A stretch of DNA of 32,000 nt, from contig NC_022349.1 in assembly GCF_000354175.2 (NCBI RefSeq), positions 2,310,001 to 2,342,000 on the forward strand, read 5' to 3'. The notes below the pieces were generated by a model. That model was given only the letters and a program-made list of their open reading frames with translations. It made no database searches and had not been told where the DNA came from. The DNA is from Vibrio alginolyticus NBRC 15630 = ATCC 17749 (GTDB lineage Bacteria > Pseudomonadota > Gammaproteobacteria > Enterobacterales > Vibrionaceae). Every line of letters starts with the position of its first letter. The stretch's first letter is position 1. The position numbers were made by a program, and so were the translations under genes. Below are positions 18,908 to 28,992 of the stretch, piece after piece.

Positions 18908-20329
18908 ATGAGTCAGGACAAGATCGATATCAAAGATGTGACTCCTAAAACCTATAATCCCAAAACCCATAAAGGAAACGGGGATCGGTTCAACCCAAGT
19001 AATCGCATCTATGTACGCGAAAGCAAAGGGACTTACCAGAAACTGCGTCGTTACGGTGGTTGGTTTTTACTGCTTCTCTTCGCTTTGATACCGTGGATCC
19101 CTTACGGTGAACGTCAAGCGATCTTGCTTGATATTGGCAACCAGCAGTTCAACTTTTTCGGTACCACGTTGTACCCACAAGATCTTACCCTACTCGCCTT
19201 GCTGTTTGTGATCGCGGCGTTTGGGTTGTTCTTTATTACCACCTTCTTAGGTCGAGTTTGGTGTGGCTACCTCTGCCCACAAACCGTCTGGACCTTCATG
19301 TATATCTGGTTTGAAGAGAAGCTCGAAGGTAGTGCCAATAAACGCCGTAAACAAGACTCCAATAAGCTGACGGCGAATTTAGCGATGCGTAAAACCGTCA
19401 AACATATAGCTTGGTTTGCCATTGCACTCGCCACTGGTTTTACTTTTGTTGGCTACTTCGTGCCAATGAAGCAATTGGTTATCGACTTTTTCACCTTTAA
19501 CGCCAACTTCTGGCCCGTCTTTTGGGTAATGTTCTTTGCCATTTGTACCTATGGTAATGCTGGTTGGATGCGTTCCATCATGTGTATTCACATGTGTCCT
19601 TACGCGCGCTTCCAGTCTGCCATGTTTGATAAAGACACCTTCATCGTTGGCTACGATGCAAAACGTGGGGAAAAACGTGGCCCACGTCCGCGTAAAGCCG
19701 ATCCAAAGCAACTTGGTTTGGGTGATTGTATTGATTGTGATTTGTGTGTGCAGGTGTGCCCAACAGGTATCGATATTCGTGACGGCTTGCAGTATGAATG
19801 TATCAACTGTGGCGCCTGTATTGATGCGTGTGATAACACCATGGATCGCATGGGCTACGAGAAAGGCTTAATTAGTTACACCACCGAGCATCGCTTATCG
19901 GGTAAGAGTACCAAAGTCATGCGTCCGAAGCTGTTAGGCTATGGTGCCGTACTACTCGTCATGGTCGGTCTTTTCTTTGCCCAAATTGCAGCGGTAGACC
20001 CAGCCGGCATGAGTGTTATTCGCGACCGTAACCAACTGTTCCGCGTTAATGGCTCGGGAGAAGTAGAAAACACCTACACCCTCAAGGTGATCAACAAAAC
20101 TCAGCAAGTGCAAGAGTACTCGTTGGATGTTGAAGGGCTATCCGATGTAAGCTGGTATGGTAAGCAGACAATTCAGGTCCAGCCAGGTGAGGTATTGAAC
20201 CTGCCAATGAGTCTTGGTGCCGATCCTGACAAGCTAAACTCTGCGATTACGACAATTCAGTTTATACTCACCGATAAGAGCAACGAATTCACTATTGAAG
20301 TAGAAAGCCGTTTTATTAAAAAACTATAG
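18908..20329 (+). CDS. ccoG: CcoG/FixG/RdxA-family membrane 4Fe-4S protein (cbb3 oxidase accessory, cupric reductase family)
   Basis: 473 aa with N-terminal TM helices, two ferredoxin motifs (CIDCDLCVQVCP and CINCGACIDAC) and a C-terminal Ig-like domain. Confidence 0.88.
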   Translation: MSQDKIDIKDVTPKTYNPKTHKGNGDRFNPSNRIYVRESKGTYQKLRRYGGWFLLLLFALIPWIPYGERQAILLDIGNQQFNFFGTTLYPQDLTLLALLFVIAAFGLFFITTFLGRVWCGYLCPQTVWTFMYIWFEEKLEGSANKRRKQDSNKLTANLAMRKTVKHIAWFAIALATGFTFVGYFVPMKQLVIDFFTFNANFWPVFWVMFFAICTYGNAGWMRSIMCIHMCPYARFQSAMFDKDTFIVGYDAKRGEKRGPRPRKADPKQLGLGDCIDCDLCVQVCPTGIDIRDGLQYECINCGACIDACDNTMDRMGYEKGLISYTTEHRLSGKSTKVMRPKLLGYGAVLLVMVGLFFAQIAAVDPAGMSVIRDRNQLFRVNGSGEVENTYTLKVINKTQQVQEYSLDVEGLSDVSWYGKQTIQVQPGEVLNLPMSLGADPDKLNSAITTIQFILTDKSNEFTIEVESRFIKKL

Positions 20330-20350
20330 CGCTACTTCAGTGACTAACGG

Positions 20351-20380
20351 AAAAAGGCTCAGTAATGAGCCTTTTTGTTT
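20351..20380 (+). terminator. intrinsic terminator after ccoG, overlapping the srkA 5' end
   Basis: AAAAAGGCTCA, GTAA, TGAGCCTTTTT, then GTTT. Confidence 0.8.
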
Positions 20381-20382
20381 AT

Positions 20383-21369
20383 ATGTCCCAAAGTATGTTT
20401 AACTTTGACGCCCTTACCCCAGACTTTATGTGGTACGCGTTAGAAAGCATCGGCGTTCGCGCAGAATCAGGCTTTCTTCCCCTCAATAGCTACGAAAACC
20501 GTGTTTATCAATTCACTGACGAAGAGCGTCGTCGTTATGTCGTCAAGTTTTACCGTCCTGAACGTTGGAGCAATGAACAGATCCAAGAGGAGCACGACTT
20601 TACTTTAGAGCTGATTGGCAATGAGATCCCCGTCGCACCACCTGTGCGCATCAACGGTGAAACCCTGCATCACTATCAAGGCTATGCTTTTGCGCTGTTT
20701 GATAGCGTGGGTGGTCGCCAATACGAGGTTGACAATTTAGATCAGCTCGAAGGTGTAGGGCGTTTCCTTGGCCGCATCCATAAAGTCGGCAGCCGCCAAG
20801 CCTTCCAACATCGCCCTACGATCGGCTTACAAGAATACCTGTATCAACCAAGAGAGATTCTGCAAAACGCCAATATGATTCCAATGCACTTGGAGAACAG
20901 CTTCTTCAATGACTTGGATATGCTGATCAAATCAATTGAAAGCCACTGGCAAGAAGGCTTCAATATCATTCGTTTGCATGGCGATTGCCACCCAGGCAAT
21001 ATTTTGTGGCGAGATGGCCCTATGTTTGTTGATTTGGATGACGCTCGTAACGGCCCTGCAGTACAAGACTTATGGATGCTATTGAACGGTGAACGCCAAG
21101 ACAAACTGATGCAGTTGGATATTGTTTTAGAGGCTTACCAAGAGTTTTGCGACTTTAATCCTGCAGAATTGAAACTAATCGAGCCACTTCGCGGTCTACG
21201 AATGGTGCACTATATGGCATGGCTAGCAAAACGTTGGCATGACCCTGCATTTCCTCTCGCTTTTCCATGGTTTAATGAGCCAAAATACTGGGAAGGTCAG
21301 GTCCTTGCATTTAAAGAGCAGATCGCCGCTTTAGAAGAAGCACCGCTGTCTTTAATGCCTCAATGGTAA
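20383..21369 (+). CDS. srkA: stress-response Ser/Thr kinase (RdoA/YihE)
   Basis: APH-like kinase motifs are present ([28 protein letters not shown]). The ATG at 20383 gives 328 aa, the same length as E. coli SrkA. Alternative ATGs lie at 20365 (with an AAAGG Shine-Dalgarno, inside the hairpin) and 20395. Confidence 0.88.
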   Translation: MSQSMFNFDALTPDFMWYALESIGVRAESGFLPLNSYENRVYQFTDEERRRYVVKFYRPERWSNEQIQEEHDFTLELIGNEIPVAPPVRINGETLHHYQGYAFALFDSVGGRQYEVDNLDQLEGVGRFLGRIHKVGSRQAFQHRPTIGLQEYLYQPREILQNANMIPMHLENSFFNDLDMLIKSIESHWQEGFNIIRLHGDCHPGNILWRDGPMFVDLDDARNGPAVQDLWMLLNGERQDKLMQLDIVLEAYQEFCDFNPAELKLIEPLRGLRMVHYMAWLAKRWHDPAFPLAFPWFNEPKYWEGQVLAFKEQIAALEEAPLSLMPQW

Positions 21370-21403
21370 GTCAGGCCAAAAATTCAAAAATGGAGATATT
21401 TCG

Positions 21404-22006
21404 ATGAAAAAACTGTTCGCACTGTTTTCTATGCTGATGTTAAGCCTGTCGGCACATGCAGCGCAATTCAAAGAAGGTGAACATTACAAAGTATTGGATC
21501 TTGAGGCATCAAAAAAACCTCTTGTGACGGAGTTTTTCTCTTTCTACTGCCCGCACTGCAATAGCTTTGAACCAGTTATCCAGCAACTGAAAAAGCAGTT
21601 GCCAGAAGGTACTAAGCTATTAAAAAACCACGTTTCTTTCATGGGTGGCAACATGGGCCCATCAATGAGCAAAGCCTACGCAACGATGGTTGCACTAAAA
21701 GTGGAAGACAAAATGGTGCCAGTGATGTTTAACCGCATCCACAATCTAAAGAAGGCGCCACGTAATGATGAAGAACTTCGTCAAATCTTCCTTGATGAAG
21801 GTGTAGACGCGAAGAAATTCGACTCTGCATTCAAAGGCTTTGCGGTTGATTCCATGGTTCGCCGTATGGACAAGCAATTTGAAAACAGCGGTCTAACCGG
21901 CGTTCCTGCGGTTATCGTTAACAACAAATACCTAGTTCAAGCACAAAGCATCAAAACGATGGATGAGTACTTCTCTCTGGTGAACTACTTGCTGACACTA
22001 AAATAA
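21404..22006 (+). CDS. dsbA: periplasmic thiol:disulfide oxidoreductase
   Basis: 200 aa with a signal peptide, the active site [14 protein letters not shown] and a GGAGA Shine-Dalgarno. Confidence 0.95.
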   Translation: MKKLFALFSMLMLSLSAHAAQFKEGEHYKVLDLEASKKPLVTEFFSFYCPHCNSFEPVIQQLKKQLPEGTKLLKNHVSFMGGNMGPSMSKAYATMVALKVEDKMVPVMFNRIHNLKKAPRNDEELRQIFLDEGVDAKKFDSAFKGFAVDSMVRRMDKQFENSGLTGVPAVIVNNKYLVQAQSIKTMDEYFSLVNYLLTLK

Positions 22007-22023
22007 GCACATCGATATCAATC

Positions 22024-22050
22024 AAAAGGGGAGCACATCGCTCCCCTTTT
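22024..22050. terminator. bidirectional intrinsic terminator between convergent dsbA and the acyltransferase gene
   Basis: AAAA, GGGGAGC, ACATC, GCTCCCC, TTTT. Confidence 0.8.
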
Positions 22051-22052
22051 GT

Positions 22053-22931
22053 TTACTTGTAAATCTCTTGTAGTAACCGATCTTTTTCTTGCCACACATC
22101 ACTCAGCCATTGCTGAAATTGCCGCTTATAGGGCTTATCGTTGAAGTAATCACCAAGCACTCTTTCATCAACGGGTAACACATTTACACGCACAACCACC
22201 TTGCTCATGCGGCCCATCAATAAATCCTTGAACGGTTTATGCGTATTTTCTGGGTACGCCAACGTCACGTCGATAATGCTCTCGAACTGTTCCCCCATCG
22301 CCGCTAACGTGTACGCAATCCCGCCCGATTTTGGTTGCAGCAAATATTGATAGTTTGCTTTACTCTTACGCTGCTTTTCTTCGGTAAATCGGGTTCCTTC
22401 GACATAGTTAACCACTGTGGTTGGAGTGTGTTTGAACTTAGCGCACGAGCGACGTGTCGTCTCTAAATCTTGACCTCGCTTATGAGGATTGCGGATCAGA
22501 TACTCTCGCGAATAGCGACGCATAAATGGCATGTCGAGCGCCCAACACGCCATCCCGATGAAAGGCACATACAGCAGTTGTTGCTTGAGGAAAAACTTCG
22601 GCATGGGAATACGGTCTTTAAACACGCAGCAAAGCACAACAATATCGGTCCAACTGAGATGGTTACTGATCAGCAGATACCACCCGTCTTTTTTAAGCGC
22701 TTCACCGCCCTGAACATCCCACTCAACACGGTTAGATACCGCCAGAATGCACGCATTAACGGTAGCCCATAACCACATCACCTTATTGGCACAAACGGTC
22801 GCTATCGCTTTTAGCTTTACGCCAGGAAGCAATATTTTAAATACAGCGATAACACAAATTGCGAGTGAACAAACCGCAGAATTGAGAATCACAAAAGAAG
22901 CGTTAAAAAAAAATAACAAATATGCCAACAT
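22053..22931 (-). CDS. yihG: PlsC-family lysophospholipid acyltransferase (YihG-like)
   Basis: It has the HX4D motif (NHLSWTD) and an EGTR block (YVEGTRF), with N-terminal TM segments. The track start at 22940 is a TTG and the first ATG is at 22931. It lies next to dsbA, as E. coli yihG does. Confidence 0.78.
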   Translation of the reverse strand: MLAYLLFFFNASFVILNSAVCSLAICVIAVFKILLPGVKLKAIATVCANKVMWLWATVNACILAVSNRVEWDVQGGEALKKDGWYLLISNHLSWTDIVVLCCVFKDRIPMPKFFLKQQLLYVPFIGMACWALDMPFMRRYSREYLIRNPHKRGQDLETTRRSCAKFKHTPTTVVNYVEGTRFTEEKQRKSKANYQYLLQPKSGGIAYTLAAMGEQFESIIDVTLAYPENTHKPFKDLLMGRMSKVVVRVNVLPVDERVLGDYFNDKPYKRQFQQWLSDVWQEKDRLLQEIYK

Positions 22932-23080
22932 GATAGTCAAACAACAGTGATAATGTGTGAAGAATAAAACAGCGTGTAATTATACTGCGCCTTTGCCACA
23001 TTGGAACATGCGTGGAAATGGTCAGATTTGTTACCGCAACCAATATGTGCACCACTCATTCGACAACAAGGAGATAACGA

Positions 23081-24037
23081 ATGAAACCAAGGCTACTTCT
23101 CTTGCCTTTGGCCTTTGTCGTCAGTTCTGCTCAGGCTCAACTCGCTGAAACCGCGGGTTTTGGCGGTGAAATTTCGCTGAATGCCGGATTCATATCATCA
23201 GAATCCAATTTCAATACAGAAAATAGTAACACCATCGATTCTCTCGATAAGCGTGCCGATAGTGACAGTTCCGTTATCGCTGCACCGCTAGGGAGTGTGA
23301 CATACACCTTTGGTAGCCGACTCAACCACCAAGTTTACGCCGGTACCACACGCTCAGATGTCGCGGTAGGTACACTCGCTTTTCAGTTGGGCTATCAACA
23401 CGAGCTACAATCTGGCACCGTGCTCGATGTTTCCTATCTGCCGACGGTACTCAAAGGCGAAACTTGGCGCAACCCTTATCAAGTAGGAACCGCACGTAAA
23501 GAGACGGATGTTGACGGCAATGCGTATCGCTTTCAGATCAAAGGGTTAATTGATAAGAACTTCAACCTTGATCTTGCTTATGCTGATAAAGACATCGAGC
23601 AGGAGGAAGTGACAGACCGCTCACTTGCTCGCGATGCTAACCTTTACTATGTCAAAGGCGACTATCGCATTCCACTCAACCAAACGTCTATGTTGCAACC
23701 CGCTTTCACCTACATCAATCAAGATGCCGACGGTAAGGCGGAGTCATTTGATTCGTACGGATTTGACATTAGCTGGTTTAAATTTATCAATCGCCATCGA
23801 TTGGCCCTCACCGCGGGTTATGCATGGAAAGACTATCAAGCCGCTAGCCAAACTTTTGCTAAAACACGAAATGACGACACCATTAGCCTATTTGCGGCCT
23901 ACGAATATCAAAACGTATTTGACTGGCAAGACTGGTCGTTCATTTCTTTAGCCGGCTATAGCCAAACTGACTCGAATATCACGTTTTATGAGGAGAAAGA
24001 GTACCTATTGTCGCTTGGTCTCAACTACACCTTCTAA
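23081..24037 (+). CDS. putative outer-membrane beta-barrel protein, function unknown
   Basis: AAGGAG lies 7 nt upstream. The signal peptide is MKPRLLLLPLAFVVSSAQA/QL. Alternating amphipathic beta-strands run throughout, and the C-terminus LGLNYTF ends in the typical OMP aromatic residue. Confidence 0.7.
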   Translation: MKPRLLLLPLAFVVSSAQAQLAETAGFGGEISLNAGFISSESNFNTENSNTIDSLDKRADSDSSVIAAPLGSVTYTFGSRLNHQVYAGTTRSDVAVGTLAFQLGYQHELQSGTVLDVSYLPTVLKGETWRNPYQVGTARKETDVDGNAYRFQIKGLIDKNFNLDLAYADKDIEQEEVTDRSLARDANLYYVKGDYRIPLNQTSMLQPAFTYINQDADGKAESFDSYGFDISWFKFINRHRLALTAGYAWKDYQAASQTFAKTRNDDTISLFAAYEYQNVFDWQDWSFISLAGYSQTDSNITFYEEKEYLLSLGLNYTF

Positions 24038-24043
24038 CGTCCT

Positions 24044-24081
24044 TCATCGCAACAAGGCGCTCACAACACTTGTTGCGATGA
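24044..24081. terminator. 13-bp-stem hairpin between the convergent OMP gene and comM
   Basis: TCATCGCAACAAG, a 12-nt loop, CTTGTTGCGATGA, followed by CATTTTG on the + strand. Confidence 0.65.
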
Positions 24082-24095
24082 CATTTTGCATGTCT

Positions 24096-25619
24096 CTATA
24101 CCGCTTGCGCCGTAAGCTGTTTCAGCAAACGGTCCATCGCTCGATACCCAAGTGCTTCAGCCAAGTGCGTTCGTTCAATTTGCTCCGCCCCATCCAGATC
24201 GGCGATTGTTCGCGCCACTTTGATAATACGATGATACGCACGAATCGAGAGTCCTAAACGGTGCAAAGCGGTTTCAAGAAACTCAGCATCACTCTTGTGC
24301 AAGGGACAAAACGCCTCAATTTCTCGACTACCTAGCAGTGCATTGACCTTACCACTGCGGTTTAGCATATTGTTACGCGCATGGCTCACACGCGCTTTTA
24401 CGATAGCAGTCGGCTCACCGCGATCACCACCTTCTGCTAATGTCCCTTTGGGCAAAGCTGGGATTTCTAAAGACATATCAAAGCGATCTAACAGTGGTCC
24501 AGATAATCGACCAAGGTAGCGCAAAATAGCTTGTGGATTGGTGCGCGCTTGATTGCCTTCGTAATATCCTGTCGGGCTTGGGTTCAAGGCTCCAACTAAT
24601 TGGAAGCGAGCCGGAAAGCGTGTTTTACCTTGCGCTCGAGAGATAATGATCTCGCCAGATTCGAGCGGTTCGCGTAACGAGTCTAGAACTTTACGATCAA
24701 ATTCGGGCATTTCATCGAGAAACAATAACCCGTTGTGGGCTAAAGAGATCTCCCCTGGTCTGGGTACCGAACCACCGCCGACTAATGCCGCCATTGAACT
24801 TGAATGGTGCGGAGAACGAAACGGACGCGACTTCCAGTTATGCTCATTAATTTCACTCTGAGTCAACGATGCCACCGAAGCGGTTTCCATTGCTTCTTCG
24901 TCACTCATTTCCGGTAATAAGTCACACAAACGCGAAGCCAACATCGTTTTTCCAGTACCTGGCGGGCCAAGGAAAAGTAAGTTGTGGTTTCCAGCGGCAG
25001 CAATCTCCAGTGCTCGCTTACCTTGTTGTTGGCCAATAATATCTTGTAAGTCTCGACCATGTTTTTCGATCGTTTTTCGCTTAGGCGTTTGAAAAAGATT
25101 CAGTCGATGTTGACCACAAAGCTCGGCACATACTTCCAGTAATGATTGGGCCGATTTATGTTGTTCCTTCCCCACCAGCGCCGCCTGATCGCCATTCACA
25201 TGTGGGACGACCAAATGACGTTGAATCTTACTGGCTTCCAGCGCAGCAGGCAGCACACCTTTTACAGGTCTTAGACCACCAGATAGCGCTAACTCACCAA
25301 CAAATTCGTAGTTTTTGAGCTTATCTGTCGCGATTTGCTCCGAAGCGGCCAAAATCCCCAATGCTATAGGAAGATCAAAACGTCCTCCCTCCTTGGGTAG
25401 ATCTGCCGGAGCCAAGTTCACGGTGATCCGCTTAGCAGGAAATTGAAAGTTAGAATTAATGATCGCACTGCGTACGCGATCTTTGGACTCTTTTACCGTT
25501 GTCTCTGGCAAGCCTACTAAGGTAAACCCTGGCATGCCGTTGCTGATATGAACTTCTACACTAACCGATGGCGCTTGCACCCCGACGCTTGCTCGACTAT
25601 GAATGATTGCCAGCCCCAT
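24096..25619 (-). CDS. comM: Mg-chelatase-like AAA+ ATPase ComM/YifB
   Basis: Trimmed to the ATG at 25619 (Shine-Dalgarno GAGGAA, MGLAIIHSRASVG...), giving 507 aa. It has Walker A GPPGTGKT and Walker B LFLDEMPEF. It is divergent from the ilv operon, as in E. coli. Confidence 0.93.
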   Translation of the reverse strand: MGLAIIHSRASVGVQAPSVSVEVHISNGMPGFTLVGLPETTVKESKDRVRSAIINSNFQFPAKRITVNLAPADLPKEGGRFDLPIALGILAASEQIATDKLKNYEFVGELALSGGLRPVKGVLPAALEASKIQRHLVVPHVNGDQAALVGKEQHKSAQSLLEVCAELCGQHRLNLFQTPKRKTIEKHGRDLQDIIGQQQGKRALEIAAAGNHNLLFLGPPGTGKTMLASRLCDLLPEMSDEEAMETASVASLTQSEINEHNWKSRPFRSPHHSSSMAALVGGGSVPRPGEISLAHNGLLFLDEMPEFDRKVLDSLREPLESGEIIISRAQGKTRFPARFQLVGALNPSPTGYYEGNQARTNPQAILRYLGRLSGPLLDRFDMSLEIPALPKGTLAEGGDRGEPTAIVKARVSHARNNMLNRSGKVNALLGSREIEAFCPLHKSDAEFLETALHRLGLSIRAYHRIIKVARTIADLDGAEQIERTHLAEALGYRAMDRLLKQLTAQAV

Positions 25620-25825
25620 ACGTTCCTCAATTTTTTTGAACACTCTGTAAACAAATGTTTTATCTAGTTGGTTATGTTATATACCGCGTCCCAATTGAGA
25701 GTTAATGTGAAAAAAGAATGACTTTTTGCTTGTCATGCAGCGGAATTGTGTGATACCACTAATGACGCAAACAATTTCGTAGAACATTACACAACATTTT
25801 TTAACGAAAAAAGAACGACAGACAG

Positions 25826-25915
25826 ATGAACCTTTTCGCTCATATCAACGCACTGCTAGCCCTGATTATCGTGGTCATTATTGGCACCGCGCGGGGTATT
25901 GTGGGCGAAAGGTAA
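25826..25915 (+). CDS. ilvL: ilv operon leader peptide
   Basis: The 29 codons encode MNLFAHINALLALIIVVIIGTARGIVGER, and 13 of the 29 are Leu/Ile/Val. The ORF is followed by antiterminator and terminator structures. Confidence 0.85.
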   Translation: MNLFAHINALLALIIVVIIGTARGIVGER

Positions 25916-25926
25916 CCACAAATTAC

Positions 25927-25964
25927 AAAAAACCCCCGCACTGAAAAGTCCGGGGGGTTTTTTT
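25927..25964 (+). terminator. ilvGMEDA attenuator (terminator hairpin)
   Basis: AAAAAACCCCCG, a 12-nt loop, CGGGGGG, then TTTTTTT. The upstream GCGGGG (25891-25896, inside the leader ORF) can alternatively pair with CCCCGC (25934-25939). Confidence 0.85.
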
Positions 25965-26085
25965 ACAACTACAAGTTGTCATCTGTCTAACCCTCGGACA
26001 GTTTAACGGGAAGAATGGGAGTGCACATGAAGTGCAATAAATATGGCAATCGCTACGAGCCACAACGTAGCAAAGGAGGTTTACG

Positions 26086-27732
26086 ATGACTGGTGCACAA
26101 CTTGTCGTAGCCGCTTTAAGACAGCAAGGCATCGAAACCGTTTTTGGCTACCCCGGCGGGGCCATCATGCCAATCTATGATGCTTTGTATGACGGTGGGG
26201 TGGAACACATCCTATGCCGTCACGAGCAAGGGGCCGCTATGGCAGCTATCGGGATGGCTCGTTCCACTCAAAACGTTGCTGTGTGCATGGCAACTTCCGG
26301 CCCAGGAGCCACTAACCTTGTTACCGGCCTTGCCGACGCTTTCCTTGACTCCGTACCTCTAGTTGCCATCACAGGCCAGGTTGCTAGCTCTCATATCGGT
26401 ACCGATGCATTCCAAGAAATGGATGTGATCGGAATGTCCCTAGCCTGTACTAAGCACAGCTATCTCGTGACCGAAATTGAAGATCTAGCTCCGACACTTG
26501 CCGAAGCCTTTGAGGTCGCAAAAACCGGTCGTCCGGGTCCAGTCATTGTCGATATCGCCAAAGACGTTCAACTCGCTCAAGCACCCACAGACCTTCTTCC
26601 TCCATACATAGCACCAGCAATCGAAGATGTCAGCGCTGAAGATATCAAACGTGCGCAAGATGTCCTGGCAGCATCTACTCGCCCAGTGTTGTATGTTGGT
26701 GGTGGCGTGCAACTTGCGAAAGCAACCGATGCAGTACGCGAATTTCTTCGCTTAAACCCAATGCCTGCAGTTAGCACATTAAAAGGTCTCGGTACCATTG
26801 AACGCCATGATCCTCACTATCTTGGTATGTTGGGTATGCACGGTACCAAAGCCGCCAACCTAGTGGTTCAAGAAGCCGATCTATTGATTGTGGTTGGCGC
26901 GCGTTTTGATGACCGTGTGACGGGTAAGCTCGACACGTTTGCACCAAATGCGAAAGTGATTCACATCGACATTGATGCTGCGGAGATTCATAAACTTCGC
27001 CACGCCAACGCACCATTGCGTGGCGACATCAACACCATTCTTCCTCAGCTAGAGCTGACTCAAGATATATCACCGTGGGTTCATCACAGTGAAAGTCTGC
27101 GCAGCGGCTTTAAGTGGCGTTACGACCACCCAGGCGAGTTAATCTACGCACCGCTATTGCTTAAACAACTGTCTGACATGATGCCAGATAGCTCAATTGT
27201 CTCGACCGACGTCGGTCAGCATCAGATGTGGGCAGCGCAACATATCCAGCCACGCGAACCACAAAATTTTATCACTTCTGCTGGCCTTGGCACCATGGGC
27301 TTTGGCTTGCCAGCAGCGATGGGTGCTGCAGTCGCACGTCCTGATGATCAGTCTATCCTTATTACAGGTGACGGTTCATTTATGATGAACGTTCAGGAAT
27401 TGGGCACGCTGAAGCGTCGTCAGATTCCAGTGAAGATTGTCCTTCTTAATAACCAACGTCTTGGCATGGTTCGCCAATGGCAGTCATTATTCTTTGACGG
27501 TCGCCACAGTGAAACCATTCTTGATGACAACCCAGATTTCGTGATGTTAGCAAAAGCGTTCGATATCCCGGGCAAAACCATCACCAAGAAAGAAGAAGTC
27601 GAACCTGCTCTCAAAGAGATGCTAGCGAGTGAAACTTCTTACATGCTTCACGTTTTGATTGATGAAGAAGAAAACGTGTGGCCATTGGTGCCACCTGGCG
27701 CATCAAACAGTGATATGTTGGAAAATACATAG
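26086..27732 (+). CDS. ilvG: acetolactate synthase II large subunit (intact)
   Basis: 548 aa with an AAAGGAGG Shine-Dalgarno and the ThDP motif GDGSFMMN...NN. ilvM follows. Confidence 0.96.
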   Translation: MTGAQLVVAALRQQGIETVFGYPGGAIMPIYDALYDGGVEHILCRHEQGAAMAAIGMARSTQNVAVCMATSGPGATNLVTGLADAFLDSVPLVAITGQVASSHIGTDAFQEMDVIGMSLACTKHSYLVTEIEDLAPTLAEAFEVAKTGRPGPVIVDIAKDVQLAQAPTDLLPPYIAPAIEDVSAEDIKRAQDVLAASTRPVLYVGGGVQLAKATDAVREFLRLNPMPAVSTLKGLGTIERHDPHYLGMLGMHGTKAANLVVQEADLLIVVGARFDDRVTGKLDTFAPNAKVIHIDIDAAEIHKLRHANAPLRGDINTILPQLELTQDISPWVHHSESLRSGFKWRYDHPGELIYAPLLLKQLSDMMPDSSIVSTDVGQHQMWAAQHIQPREPQNFITSAGLGTMGFGLPAAMGAAVARPDDQSILITGDGSFMMNVQELGTLKRRQIPVKIVLLNNQRLGMVRQWQSLFFDGRHSETILDDNPDFVMLAKAFDIPGKTITKKEEVEPALKEMLASETSYMLHVLIDEEENVWPLVPPGASNSDMLENT

Positions 27733-27743
27733 GAGACAATCGC

Positions 27744-28028
27744 ATGGACAGATATTTACTCGACATCAAAGCCGATGACAAACCGGTACTGTTGGAGCGC
27801 GTTCTACGTGTGATTCGTCACCGAGGCTTCGTGATCAAACAAGTCGCTGCTACGCAAAACCACGAAAGCAAAGTAGCCAGCGTCGAGATCATCGTCGACA
27901 GCGATCGACCAATCTCGTTTTTGATCAATCAAATAGAGAAGTTGTGGGACGTTCGTAAGGTTGAGGTGCTAAAAATCCGCAACGATGAACTGCCAAATCA
28001 CAACTTACAACAACACGTAAGTGCATAA
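27744..28028 (+). CDS. ilvM: acetolactate synthase II small (regulatory) subunit
   Basis: 94 aa in the conserved position between ilvG and ilvE, with an AGGAGA Shine-Dalgarno. Confidence 0.85.
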   Translation: MDRYLLDIKADDKPVLLERVLRVIRHRGFVIKQVAATQNHESKVASVEIIVDSDRPISFLINQIEKLWDVRKVEVLKIRNDELPNHNLQQHVSA

Positions 28029-28040
28029 GGAAGGCAACAA

Positions 28041-28979
28041 ATGGCAACGAAAACTGCAGATTTCATTTGGTTTAATGGTGAGATGGTTCCATGGGCAGAG
28101 GCGAACGTTCACGTTCTGACTCACGCAATGCACTATGGCACATCCGTGTTTGAAGGCGTGCGCTGTTACAACACACCAAAAGGCCCAATAGTCTTCCGTC
28201 ACCGTGAGCATGCACAACGTTTAAAAGATTCCGCCAAGATTTACCGCTTTCCGATCCCTTTCTCTGTAGAGGAAATCATGGAAGCGACCCGCGAAACACT
28301 GCGCCAAAACAAACTCGACAGCGCTTACATTCGTCCATTGGGTTTTGTCGGTAATGTTGGCTTAGGCGTATGTCCACCAGTTGGCACTGAGATGGATCTA
28401 ATCATTGCAGCATTCCCTTGGGGCTCTTACTTAGGCGAAGAAGCGCTAGAAAAAGGTGTCGATGCGATGATTTCAAGCTGGAACCGCGCTGCGCCAAACA
28501 CCATCCCAACTGCGGCTAAAGCAGGCGGTAACTACCTATCTTCACTACTGGTTGGTGGTGAAGCGCGTCGTCACGGTTACGACGAAGGTATTGCGCTCAG
28601 CGTAGATGGTTACCTATCGGAAGGGGCTGGTGAAAACATCTTTGTTATCAAAGATGGCGTAATCACCACACCACCAGCAACTAGCGCGATTCTACCGGGC
28701 ATCACTCGTGACTCGATCATGACCATTGCTCGCGATAAAGGCTACGAAGTACGTGAAGCGAACATTGCTCGTGAAGCCCTTTACCTTGCGGATGAAGTAT
28801 TCATGACCGGTACCGCAGCAGAAGTTGTGCCTGTGGCAACCATCGACAAGATTGAAGTGGGCACTGGTAAGCGCGGCCCTATCACTAAAGAACTACAAGC
28901 AGCCTACTTTGGCCTATTTGACGGCACCACGGAAGATAAGTGGGGCTGGTTAGACTATGTGTACCCAGAACAGAAGTAA
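28041..28979 (+). CDS. ilvE: branched-chain amino acid aminotransferase
   Basis: 312 aa. Class IV aminotransferase blocks are present (HYGTSVFEGVRCY, AAKAGGNY, ENIFV, MTGTAAEV). Confidence 0.96.
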   Translation: MATKTADFIWFNGEMVPWAEANVHVLTHAMHYGTSVFEGVRCYNTPKGPIVFRHREHAQRLKDSAKIYRFPIPFSVEEIMEATRETLRQNKLDSAYIRPLGFVGNVGLGVCPPVGTEMDLIIAAFPWGSYLGEEALEKGVDAMISSWNRAAPNTIPTAAKAGGNYLSSLLVGGEARRHGYDEGIALSVDGYLSEGAGENIFVIKDGVITTPPATSAILPGITRDSIMTIARDKGYEVREANIAREALYLADEVFMTGTAAEVVPVATIDKIEVGTGKRGPITKELQAAYFGLFDGTTEDKWGWLDYVYPEQK

Positions 28980-28992
28980 GAAGGATTAGGAA

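Noticed and set aside
18843-18911. 22-codon uORF (MSSSDINRNDAVHYKSLRRMSA) whose TGA overlaps the ccoG ATG as ATGA
   Set aside because: There is no convincing Shine-Dalgarno, and ccoG has its own AAGGA. An ATGA overlap by itself is frequent by chance. It is kept as a note only.
20147-20164. GTAAG-N8-GTAAG direct repeat in the ccoG 3' end as a possible CpxR box for srkA-dsbA
   Set aside because: The CpxR consensus is GTAAA-N5-GTAAA. Here the spacing is 3 nt too long and both pentamers carry a mismatch.
22956-22971. TGTGA-N6-AAACA CRP-like site between the acyltransferase and OMP genes
   Set aside because: Only one half-site matches, and the second half is 3/5. That is not distinguishable from chance in AT-rich DNA.
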